Positions 9,799 to 17,172 of a stretch of DNA of 32,000 bases are shown here, in pieces (the first letter of the stretch is position 1; every line of letters begins with the position of its first letter). The stretch is from Rhodobacter capsulatus SB 1003. GTDB lineage: Bacteria > Pseudomonadota > Alphaproteobacteria > Rhodobacterales > Rhodobacteraceae. The notes under the pieces were generated by a model that made no database searches, was not told where the DNA came from, and saw nothing but the letters and a program-made list of their open reading frames with translations. The position numbers were made by a program, and so were the translations under genes. Location of the stretch: assembly GCF_000021865.1 (NCBI RefSeq), contig NC_014034.1:660001-692000 (forward strand), written 5' to 3'.

Positions 9799-11043
9799 TC
9801 AGCGCGCCCCGGCCTCGAAGGTCTGCCAACAGATCGGCGTGCCGACGCTGACCCGGGCGGTCTCGGCCGGGACGAAGCCCAGACCATCGGCCTCGGCCAG
9901 CGGGAAAAGCGTGGCCGAGGTGCCCTCGCCCAGACGGTGCACCACCGGCAGGCCGTCGATTTCCCGGTTGCCCAGCCGGATCGGGAAGATCTCGGCCCGG
10001 TCCGGCTTGCGGGTCCAGTCGAAGCCGGCCCGCCCGGCACAGTGGAACAGCGGCGCCGGAACCGCCCCCTTCAGCCGGGCGATCTGCGCCGAGACGAAGA
10101 GCGTGAACCCGACCATCGCCGAGAACGGATTGCCCGGCAGGCCGGTCACCGCGGCATTGCCCAGACGGCCGAACATCACCGGCTTGCCGGGTTTGAGCGC
10201 CACTTTCCAGCCGTCGATCTGCCCGCCCGCCGCGATCAGGGCCGGGCGCAGGTGATCGCGCCCGCCCATCGACACCGCGCCCGTCGTCACGATCAGATCA
10301 TAGCGCCCCTGCAGGCTGGCGAATTTCGCCACGGTCGCCTCGGCATCGTCGGGCAGGATGCCGTGATCGTCGACCTCCGCCCCGGCGCCCTGCGCCAGCG
10401 CGATCAGCATCGGCCGGTTCACATCGGGCATCGTGTCCCGTGACGCCGCTTCGGCCCCCGGCCGGTGCAGCTCGTCGCCGGTCGAGAGGATCGCCAGCCG
10501 CGGACGGCGCACCACCGCGACCTCGGCCACGCCGTTCGAGGCCAGAAGGCCGATGTGATGCGCCCGGATCCGGGTGCCGCGGCGCAGCAAAAGCCCGCCC
10601 AGCGGCTGTTCCGACCCCACGGCGCGGATATGCGACCCCGGCGCGGGGGCGGCGGTCAGCTGCACCTCGGCGCCGGTCTCGGTCACCTCTTCGACCGGCA
10701 CGACGGCATCGGCGCCCGCGGGGATCTGCGCCCCGGTGAAAATGCGCAGCGCGGCGCCGTCGGGCAGGGGCGGCGCCTGCATCCCGGCCGCGACCGTGCC
10801 CGCGACGGGCAGCGTCAGAGCGGCGGCCAGATCGGCGGTGCGCAGCGCAAAGCCGTCCATCGCCGAGCGGGCGGCGCGGGGCAGGGCGATCTCGGCGCGC
10901 AGGCTGGTGGCAGAGGTGCGCCCGGCCGCCTGCGCCAGATCGAGGGTTTCGCTGTCGCCGATGGGCGCGACCAGACCGCAGGCCAGACGGCGGGCGGAAT
11001 CGAGGTCGAGCATCGCGGATGCCGGGTGATCGAGTGCGGGCAT
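9799..11043 (-). CDS. moeA: Molybdopterin molybdotransferase MoeA
   Basis: Conserved MoeA motifs are present: AILSTGDELHRPG, GGVSMGGRD-like AVSMGGRDH, and GLPGNPFSAMV. ATG 11043 is preceded by AAAGGAACGGCAG, giving a typical 414-aa protein. The ORF-track start at 11115 adds 24 non-conserved residues. Confidence 0.9.
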   Translation of the reverse strand: MPALDHPASAMLDLDSARRLACGLVAPIGDSETLDLAQAAGRTSATSLRAEIALPRAARSAMDGFALRTADLAAALTLPVAGTVAAGMQAPPLPDGAALRIFTGAQIPAGADAVVPVEEVTETGAEVQLTAAPAPGSHIRAVGSEQPLGGLLLRRGTRIRAHHIGLLASNGVAEVAVVRRPRLAILSTGDELHRPGAEAASRDTMPDVNRPMLIALAQGAGAEVDDHGILPDDAEATVAKFASLQGRYDLIVTTGAVSMGGRDHLRPALIAAGGQIDGWKVALKPGKPVMFGRLGNAAVTGLPGNPFSAMVGFTLFVSAQIARLKGAVPAPLFHCAGRAGFDWTRKPDRAEIFPIRLGNREIDGLPVVHRLGEGTSATLFPLAEADGLGFVPAETARVSVGTPICWQTFEAGAR

Positions 11044-11094
11044 CTGCCGTTCCTTTCGTGTCGGACCGGCCGTCGCTTGCGGGCGGTGGGCCGG

Positions 11095-11119
11095 AAAAAG
11101 CGGGGTGGAAACCATCCCG
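11095..11119 (-). terminator. Hairpin plus U5 tract inside the moeA 5' leader; candidate attenuator or the 3' end of a leader/small RNA
   Basis: The minus-strand RNA reads CGGGAUGG-UUU-CCACCCCG-C-UUUUU (8-bp stem, one mismatch). It lies 52 nt upstream of the moeA ATG. No minus-strand gene lies upstream that it could terminate. Confidence 0.35.
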
Positions 11120-11359
11120 GTCGGGGCCCGCGGCGGGATCGGAAGCGAGGGGCGTCGCGCCGCGGCCCGGGCAGAGCATCGGACCCGCGTGGCGGAAGGT
11201 CAACTGGCTCCGCTTGCGATATTTTCTCTTCTCCCTGTGCGGGAAAAGCCGTGCCGGTGGTTGCGCCGATGTGCGCCGCTGCCTGCAATCGCGGCACTTC
11301 GCCTGCCCGAGCGCGGTTTTTCCGCCCCGTTCCGGGCTTGGCGCTTGCAAGCAAAATGC

Positions 11360-11395
11360 AATCGACGTCTTTGTGACAGAAAGCTGACATCGATT
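11360..11395. promoter_or_regulatory. Imperfect inverted repeat (10-bp arms, 16-bp spacer) in the moeA/rpiR divergent region; candidate operator
   Basis: AATCGACGTC-N16-GACATCGATT matches at 9 of 10 arm positions. It lies in the only AT-richer part of the intergenic region, next to the perfect palindrome GCTTGCAAGC (11343-11352). Confidence 0.3.
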
Positions 11396-11477
11396 CGCGG
11401 AGCCGATCCTGACCGAGACCGACCAACAGCCCCTGCGCGCGCGGCTTGCCCTGGCCGCCGAGACCGGCTCGCCGTCG

Positions 11478-12308
11478 ATGCGGGCGATTGCGCATTTCAT
11501 GCTGGCGCAGTTTCAGGACCTGCCCTTCGAGACGGCGGCGACCCTTGCGGCCAAGGTTCAGGTCAGCGAGGTCAGCATCGGCCGGTTCTGCCGCGCCATC
11601 GGCTATGCGAATTTCAAGGATCTGAAGGACCATCTGAAGGGCGACATCGGCGATCAGCCCTGGCTGATCAAGGACCGGCTGGAGGCGCTGCGGCGGGCCT
11701 CGGATCAGCGCGACGAACGGCTGTCGCAGGGGCTGAAGGCCGAGATCGCCGGGCTGGTGGGGGTTTACGAACTGGCCCGGACCGAGGCCTGGGCGCGGGT
11801 GGCCTTGCGGTTTGCCCGGGCCCGGCGGGTGCTGGTGGCGGGCTTCCAGACCGAGCGCGGCCTGGCGCAATATTTCGCCGCGCAGATGCAATATGTCCGC
11901 CCCGGGGTGCAGAGCGTCGATCTTTCGGCGGGCAATTTCGCCGAGGTCCTGGCCGAAACTGACGCGCCCGAGGACACCTGTCTGGCGATTTTCGAGGCGC
12001 GTCGTTACGCCCGGCAGGCGCTGGTTCTGGCGCGCGCGGCGCAGGCGCGGGGCATTGCGGTGACGATCTTCACCGACCGCTATTGCAGCTGGGGCGCCGA
12101 TCACGCCTCCGAGGTTTTCAGCGTGGCGACCGAGGTGAACCAGTTCTGGGATTCGACGGCGCATCTGGCGCTTTTGGGCAACCTTCTGATCAACGACATC
12201 TTTCTGGCGCTGGGCGAGGGCGCCGAGACCCGTCTGAACGAAATCGCGCGGCTTTACGGCGCGTTCAGCGGCCATGTCGGCAATCCGCTGACACAGGTCG
12301 CGCAATGA
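11478..12308 (+). CDS. MurR/RpiR-family transcriptional regulator (HTH_6 + SIS domain)
   Basis: HTH region: AATLAAKVQVSEVSIGRFCRAIGYANFKDLK. The C-terminal half is SIS-like. Family-like sequence appears to continue upstream of the ATG, so the true start is uncertain (see findings). Confidence 0.8.
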   Translation: MRAIAHFMLAQFQDLPFETAATLAAKVQVSEVSIGRFCRAIGYANFKDLKDHLKGDIGDQPWLIKDRLEALRRASDQRDERLSQGLKAEIAGLVGVYELARTEAWARVALRFARARRVLVAGFQTERGLAQYFAAQMQYVRPGVQSVDLSAGNFAEVLAETDAPEDTCLAIFEARRYARQALVLARAAQARGIAVTIFTDRYCSWGADHASEVFSVATEVNQFWDSTAHLALLGNLLINDIFLALGEGAETRLNEIARLYGAFSGHVGNPLTQVAQ

Positions 12309-12331
12309 CCACCACCAACAGGGGAAATCAC

Positions 12332-13108
12332 ATGACACTGCGTTCGAAACTTCTGGCCTGCACGCTGGCCCTTGTCGCGATGACGGGCGCCGCGCAGGCC
12401 GAGAAACTGCGTCTGGGCACCGAGGGCGCCTATCCGCCCTTCAACTTCGTGCAGCCCGACGGCACGATCGCGGGCTTCGATCTCGATATCGGGCTGGAGC
12501 TGTGCAAGCGCATCGGCGCCGACTGCGAGGTGGTGGCGCAGGATTGGGACGGCATCATCCCCGGCCTGATCGCGCAGAAATACGATTTCATCATCGCCTC
12601 GATGTTCATCACCGAGGAACGCAAGCAGCAGGTGGCCTTCACCAACCCCTATTACATGGCGGCGATGACCCATGTCGTTCCGAAAGAGTCCGAACTGACC
12701 GAATTTTCGAACGAGACCCTGTCGGGCAAGGTCGTCGGCGCGCAATCGGGCACGACGCAGGCGGATTATGCGGTGAAGATGTATCCCGATGCCGATGTGC
12801 GGCTGTATCCGACCCAGGACGAGGCAAGCCTCGACATGGCCTCGGGGCGGCTTGACGTGATGGTGGGCGACATGCTGCCGCTGCTTGATTTCGTCGAGAA
12901 ATCCGAAGACGGCAAATGCTGCAAGCTGGCCGGTGCGCCGATCACCGATCCGGCCTTTGTCGGCGAGGGCGTGGGCATTGCCGTCCGGCAGGAGGACAAC
13001 GCGCTGCGCGAGCGTCTGAACAAGGCCCTGGACGAGATCCGCGCCGATGGCACCTACAAGAAAATCAACGACAAATACTTCTCGATCGACATCTATTCGA
13101 TGAAGTGA
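12332..13108 (+). CDS. Polar amino acid (His/Arg/Lys/opine-type, PAAT family) ABC transporter substrate-binding protein
   Basis: ATG 12332 follows AGGGGAA. Signal peptide MTLRSKLLACTLALVAMTGAAQA. Contains GTEGAYPPFNF, DLDIGLELCKR and DFIIASM motifs typical of HisJ/ArgT/OccT-like binding proteins. The ORF-track start at 12083 is a spurious extension. Confidence 0.9.
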   Translation: MTLRSKLLACTLALVAMTGAAQAEKLRLGTEGAYPPFNFVQPDGTIAGFDLDIGLELCKRIGADCEVVAQDWDGIIPGLIAQKYDFIIASMFITEERKQQVAFTNPYYMAAMTHVVPKESELTEFSNETLSGKVVGAQSGTTQADYAVKMYPDADVRLYPTQDEASLDMASGRLDVMVGDMLPLLDFVEKSEDGKCCKLAGAPITDPAFVGEGVGIAVRQEDNALRERLNKALDEIRADGTYKKINDKYFSIDIYSMK

Positions 13109-13132
13109 TCGCGGCCCCGGCCGAGGCGGCAG

Positions 13133-13843
13133 ATGATGGAAACGCTGTTCTCATATGGCCCCCAAGGCTGGGGCGACGAACTCCTCGCGGGGCTCGGGGT
13201 GACGCTGCAACTTGCGGCGGCCACCCTTCCCTTGGGGCTTTTGCTGGGCTTTTTCGTGGCGGCGCTCTCGCTTTCGCGCCGCCCCGGGCTGCGGGCGATG
13301 GGCTGGGGCTACACGACGGTGATGCGCGGGATGCCGGAAATCCTGACGCTGTTCATCGTCTACAACGGGCTGGGGCTGGGGCTGAACCGGCTTCTGGATG
13401 CCTTTGCGCCGCAGTTTGGCGCGGTCGATTTCCCGCCCTTCGCGGCGGGTGTCATCGCGCTCGCCCTCGTCTTTGCCGCCTTCGCCGCCGAGGTGCTGCG
13501 CGGCGCCTTTCAATCCGTGCCCGAGGGGCAGGTGCTGGCGGGCCTTGCCATCGGCATGACCGGGCGGCAGGTGTTCTGGCGCATCAAGCTGCCGCAATTG
13601 TGGCGCTTTGCCCTGCCGGGCATGGGCAATCTCTGGCTCAACCTGCTGAAAGATACGGCACTTGTCTCGGTCATCGCGCTCGATGATCTGATGCGGGCGA
13701 CCAAGGTCGCGGTCGGCGTGACGAAACAGCCCTTCACCTTTTATCTGGCCGCCTGCCTGATCTATTGGGCGCTTTGCCTTGGCTCGGAATTGGTGCTGGC
13801 GCGGCTTGAGGCGCGGGCGAACCGCGGCCTGCGGAGGGTCTGA
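13133..13843 (+). CDS. Amino acid ABC transporter permease (HisQ/OccQ-like)
   Basis: 236 aa polytopic protein with an EAA-type loop (EVLRGAFQSVPEGQVLAGLAIGMTGRQVFWRIKLPQ). Confidence 0.88.
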   Translation: MMETLFSYGPQGWGDELLAGLGVTLQLAAATLPLGLLLGFFVAALSLSRRPGLRAMGWGYTTVMRGMPEILTLFIVYNGLGLGLNRLLDAFAPQFGAVDFPPFAAGVIALALVFAAFAAEVLRGAFQSVPEGQVLAGLAIGMTGRQVFWRIKLPQLWRFALPGMGNLWLNLLKDTALVSVIALDDLMRATKVAVGVTKQPFTFYLAACLIYWALCLGSELVLARLEARANRGLRRV

Positions 13844-13844
13844 G

Positions 13845-14543
13845 ATGAGCCTGATCGAAAGCCTCTCCGCCAATCTGCCGAAACTGCTCGACGGCCTGGA
13901 AACGACGCTGATCCTGACCGGCCTTGGCGCCGCGCTGGCGGCCGTCTTCTCGCCCGGCCTGGCGCTGATCCGTCTCTCCGGCCCCGCCCCGGCCAAGGTG
14001 CTCTTGCGGGTCTATATCTCCTTCATGCGCGGCACGCCCCTGCTGGCGCAGCTGTTTCTGGTCTTCTACGGCTCGGGGCAATTCCGCGCCGAGCTGACCA
14101 CGCTGGGCCTGTGGTCGTTCTTTCGCGATCCGTTCAACTGCGCCGTGCTGGTTTTCGTGCTGAATTCCTGCGCCTATCAGACCGAAATCCTGCGCGGCGG
14201 CTTGCAGGCCGTGCCGCCCGGAGAGATCGAGGCCGCCCGCGCCATCGGCATGACCCGGGCGCAGGTGCTGGCCCGCGTCACCTTTCCCCATGCCTATCGC
14301 ATCGCCTGGCCGGCTTTGGGCAACGAGGTGATCTTGCTGATGAAAGCCTCGGCGCTCGCCTCGATCGTCACCGTCTTCGACCTGATGGGACGGACGCGGC
14401 AGATCTTTTCGCGCAGTTTCGAATTTTCCGTCTATTTCGAAGCCGCCGTGCTTTACCTGCTGATCACCGTCCTTTTCGTCTTTTTGTGGCGGCAGATCGA
14501 ACGCCGCCTGACCCGCCCGATGCGCCGCACGCAAGGAAACTGA
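13845..14543 (+). CDS. Amino acid ABC transporter permease (HisM/OccM-like)
   Basis: The ATG lies 1 nt after the previous stop (TGAGATG). EAA loop: EILRGGLQAVPPGEIEAARAIGMTRAQVLARVTFP. The ORF-track start at 13779 overlaps the upstream gene and is unlikely. Confidence 0.88.
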   Translation: MSLIESLSANLPKLLDGLETTLILTGLGAALAAVFSPGLALIRLSGPAPAKVLLRVYISFMRGTPLLAQLFLVFYGSGQFRAELTTLGLWSFFRDPFNCAVLVFVLNSCAYQTEILRGGLQAVPPGEIEAARAIGMTRAQVLARVTFPHAYRIAWPALGNEVILLMKASALASIVTVFDLMGRTRQIFSRSFEFSVYFEAAVLYLLITVLFVFLWRQIERRLTRPMRRTQGN

Positions 14544-14546
14544 GCC

Positions 14547-15326
14547 ATGCCCCCGAAACCCGCAACCGATCTGGTGCTGAGCGCGCAGGACATCCACAAG
14601 AGCTTCGGCGCGCAGGAGGTGCTCAAGGGCATCACCCTGGGCGCGCGCAACCATGACGTGATCTCGATCCTCGGCACCTCGGGCTCGGGCAAGTCGACCT
14701 TTCTGCGTTGCCTGAACTGTCTGGAAATTCCGAACAGCGGCACCGTCGCCGTCCATGGCGAGGAAATCGTCTTTCGCAACGGCCGCATCGGCGATCAGCG
14801 CCAGATCGAGCGGTTGCGCCGCCATCTGGGCATGGTGTTCCAGCAGTTCAACCTCTGGACCCATCGCACGGCGCTGGAAAACGTGATGGAAGGCCCGGTC
14901 CAGGTCAAGCGCATGGCCAAGGCCGAAGCCCGCGATCTGGCCGAGGGGCTTTTGGCCCGCGTCGGTCTGGCCGACCGGATGCATCACTACCCGGCGATGC
15001 TGTCGGGCGGGCAGCAGCAGCGCGTGGCGATTGCCCGGGCGCTGGCGATGGAACCCGACGTGATCCTGTTTGACGAGCCCACCTCGGCGCTCGACCCGGA
15101 ACTGGTGGGCGAGGTCCTCAAGGTGATGCAGGATCTGGCCGCCGAAGGCCGCACGATGATCGTGGTCACCCACGAGATGGCCTTTGCCCGCGACGTCTCG
15201 ACCGAGGTGGTGTTCCTGAACGAAGGCCGGATCGCCGAACAGGGCCCGCCCGACAGGCTTTTCGAGCACCCCGAAACCGAGGTGTTCGCCCGTTTCATCT
15301 CCAAAACCCGCCGAGACATCGCATGA
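14547..15326 (+). CDS. Amino acid ABC transporter ATP-binding protein (HisP/OccP-like)
   Basis: Walker A GTSGSGKST, Q-loop FQQFNLW, signature LSGGQQQRVAIARAL, Walker B VILFDEPTSALD, H-loop VVTHEM. Confidence 0.92.
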   Translation: MPPKPATDLVLSAQDIHKSFGAQEVLKGITLGARNHDVISILGTSGSGKSTFLRCLNCLEIPNSGTVAVHGEEIVFRNGRIGDQRQIERLRRHLGMVFQQFNLWTHRTALENVMEGPVQVKRMAKAEARDLAEGLLARVGLADRMHHYPAMLSGGQQQRVAIARALAMEPDVILFDEPTSALDPELVGEVLKVMQDLAAEGRTMIVVTHEMAFARDVSTEVVFLNEGRIAEQGPPDRLFEHPETEVFARFISKTRRDIA

Positions 15327-16450
15327 CCCAAGCCTTTGCCGGGCTGACGATCGACAGCGCCGAGCTGCGCGTCGTCAACCTGCCCCTGATCACCCCTTTC
15401 ACCGTGTCGAACCAGACCCTGACCGACAAGACCTTTCCGCTGCTGACGCTGCGGGCGGACGGGGTCGAGGGCTATGGCGAGGGGGTGATGGACCCCTATC
15501 CCGATTATCTCGAAGAAACCCTGCCCGGGGCGCTGGCCTTCCTGCGCGATCTGATCCTGCCGCAGATCGTCGGCAAGCGGATCGGCAATCCGGCCGAGCT
15601 GACGGCGCTGCTCGCCCCCTGGCGCGGGCACAAGATGAGCAAGGCGCTGGTCGAGCTGGCGTTCTGGGATCTTTGGACGAAGGCCCTGAACCTGCCGCTT
15701 TGCGCGGCTTTGGGCGGCCTGCGCGACGCCGTGCCGGTGGGGGTGTCGCTCGGCATCACGCCGATCGAGCGCACGCTTGAACGCATCGCCGAGGCCGAGG
15801 CCGCGGGCTACAAGCGCATCAAGCTGAAGGTGGCGCAGGGCCATGACCTGAAGCTGCTCGAGGCGGTGCGGCGCGAGTTCCCCGCCGTCAAGCTGACGGT
15901 CGATGCGAACACGGCTTACGGTCTGGCCGATCTGGCGACGCTGCGGGCGATGGACCGTTTCGATCTGGATTACATCGAGCAGCCCCTGGCGGTCGATGAC
16001 ATCCACGATCACGCGCTGGTGCAACGCGAAATCGCCACCGCGATCTGTCTCGATGAATCGATCCGCACCCCCGTCGATTGCCGCAAGGCGCTGGCGGCGG
16101 GGGCGGCACGGGTGATCAACATCAAGGTCGGCCGGGTCGGCGGCTATAGCGCGGCCAAGGCGATCCATGACGTGTCGGAGGCCTTCGGCGCCCCGGTCTG
16201 GTGCGGCGGCATGCTCGAAAGCGGGATCGGCCGGGCGCATAACATCCATCTGGCAACCTTGCCGAATTTCACCAAACCGGGCGACACTTCCTCGGCCAGC
16301 CGCTATTTCCACCGCGACATCATCGCCGAACCGCTGGAGGCCACGGGCGGGCTGATGCCGGTTCCGGGGAATGGCGCGGGGATCGGGGTGACACTGGATC
16401 GGCCGTTCCTGAACACGGTCACCCGTTCGACCGAGGAGTTTCGCCCGTGA
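15323..16450 (+). CDS. Enolase-superfamily enzyme of the MLE subgroup (o-succinylbenzoate synthase / N-succinylamino acid racemase type)
   Basis: ATGA overlap with the ATPase gene. KxK motif (YKRIKLKV); metal ligands in VDANTAY, YIEQP and LDES; second catalytic Lys in NIKVGRVGG. The 375-aa length fits the OSBS/NSAR family. Confidence 0.8.
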   Translation: MTQAFAGLTIDSAELRVVNLPLITPFTVSNQTLTDKTFPLLTLRADGVEGYGEGVMDPYPDYLEETLPGALAFLRDLILPQIVGKRIGNPAELTALLAPWRGHKMSKALVELAFWDLWTKALNLPLCAALGGLRDAVPVGVSLGITPIERTLERIAEAEAAGYKRIKLKVAQGHDLKLLEAVRREFPAVKLTVDANTAYGLADLATLRAMDRFDLDYIEQPLAVDDIHDHALVQREIATAICLDESIRTPVDCRKALAAGAARVINIKVGRVGGYSAAKAIHDVSEAFGAPVWCGGMLESGIGRAHNIHLATLPNFTKPGDTSSASRYFHRDIIAEPLEATGGLMPVPGNGAGIGVTLDRPFLNTVTRSTEEFRP

Positions 16451-17172
16451 CCGCCGCGGTGATCCTGCGCGAGCTTGCGGGCGTTGCGGAACTGCAGCAG
16501 GCCGAACGCTTTCAGGTCGAGGTCTGGGGCGAGGGCGAGCGGCCCGACAACAGCGACATCATGCTGGCGCTGCAGCACGAAGGCGCGCTGGTGGCCGGGG
16601 CCTTCGCGGGCGATCAGATGCTGGGGTTTCTCTTCGGTTTCCCCTCGGCCACGCCGGGGGTGCAGCATTCGCACCGGCTGGCGGTGTCGCAAAAGGCGCG
16701 CGGGCTGGGCCTTGGCGCGCGGCTGAAATGGTTCCAGCGCGACTGGTGTCTGGCGCGCGGCATCACGCTGGTGCGCTGGACCTATGATCCCCTGCGCGCG
16801 ATCAATGCCGGGCTGAACATCGCCGTTCTGGGGGCGACGGCGCGGGAGTATCTGCCCGATTATTACGGCCCGATGCCCGGCATCAATGCCGGTCTGCCCT
16901 CGGACCGGGTGATGGCGGTCTGGCAGCTGGACGCGCCGCAGGTCGTCGCCCGGGCCGCGGGCCAGTCCCCGACCTTGCCGCCCGCCGCGGCCACAGCCGG
17001 GATCCCGGCCGATATCGATGCGCTCTTGCAGGCCGATCCCGACCGCGCCCTGGCCGAGCGGATGCGCCTGCGCGCCGCGCTGCAGGAGGCCTTCGCCGCC
17101 GGTCTGGCGATCACCGGCTTCGACCGCCAGAGCTGCCGCTATCTGCTCGACCGGCCTGCGGCGGCCGCTTAA
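16447..17172 (+). CDS. GNAT-like acyltransferase-fold protein, specific function unknown
   Basis: GTGA overlap with the upstream enolase-family gene. Acyl-CoA-binding-like motif (ARGLGLGARLK), followed by WTYDPLRAINAGLNI ... DYYG. The CDS call is solid; the function is tentative. Confidence 0.6.
   Translation: MTAAVILRELAGVAELQQAERFQVEVWGEGERPDNSDIMLALQHEGALVAGAFAGDQMLGFLFGFPSATPGVQHSHRLAVSQKARGLGLGARLKWFQRDWCLARGITLVRWTYDPLRAINAGLNIAVLGATAREYLPDYYGPMPGINAGLPSDRVMAVWQLDAPQVVARAAGQSPTLPPAAATAGIPADIDALLQADPDRALAERMRLRAALQEAFAAGLAITGFDRQSCRYLLDRPAAAA

Noticed and set aside
7863-10040. 725-aa minus-strand ORF opposite the histidine kinase gene. Similar antisense ORFs occur at 6166-7836, 13734-15269 and 14987-16312.
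   Set aside because: Same reasoning: no motifs and Arg/Gly/Pro-dominated composition, while the opposite strand encodes recognisable GGDEF/EAL, HATPase, ABC and enolase-superfamily motifs.
10298-12338. ORFs spanning the moeA/rpiR intergenic region (10298-11500 minus, 10815-12338 minus, 11105-11962 plus, 11019-11387 plus).
   Set aside because: They have no motifs and an Arg/Gly/Pro-rich composition. They overlap well-supported genes in other frames, so I treated them as non-coding.
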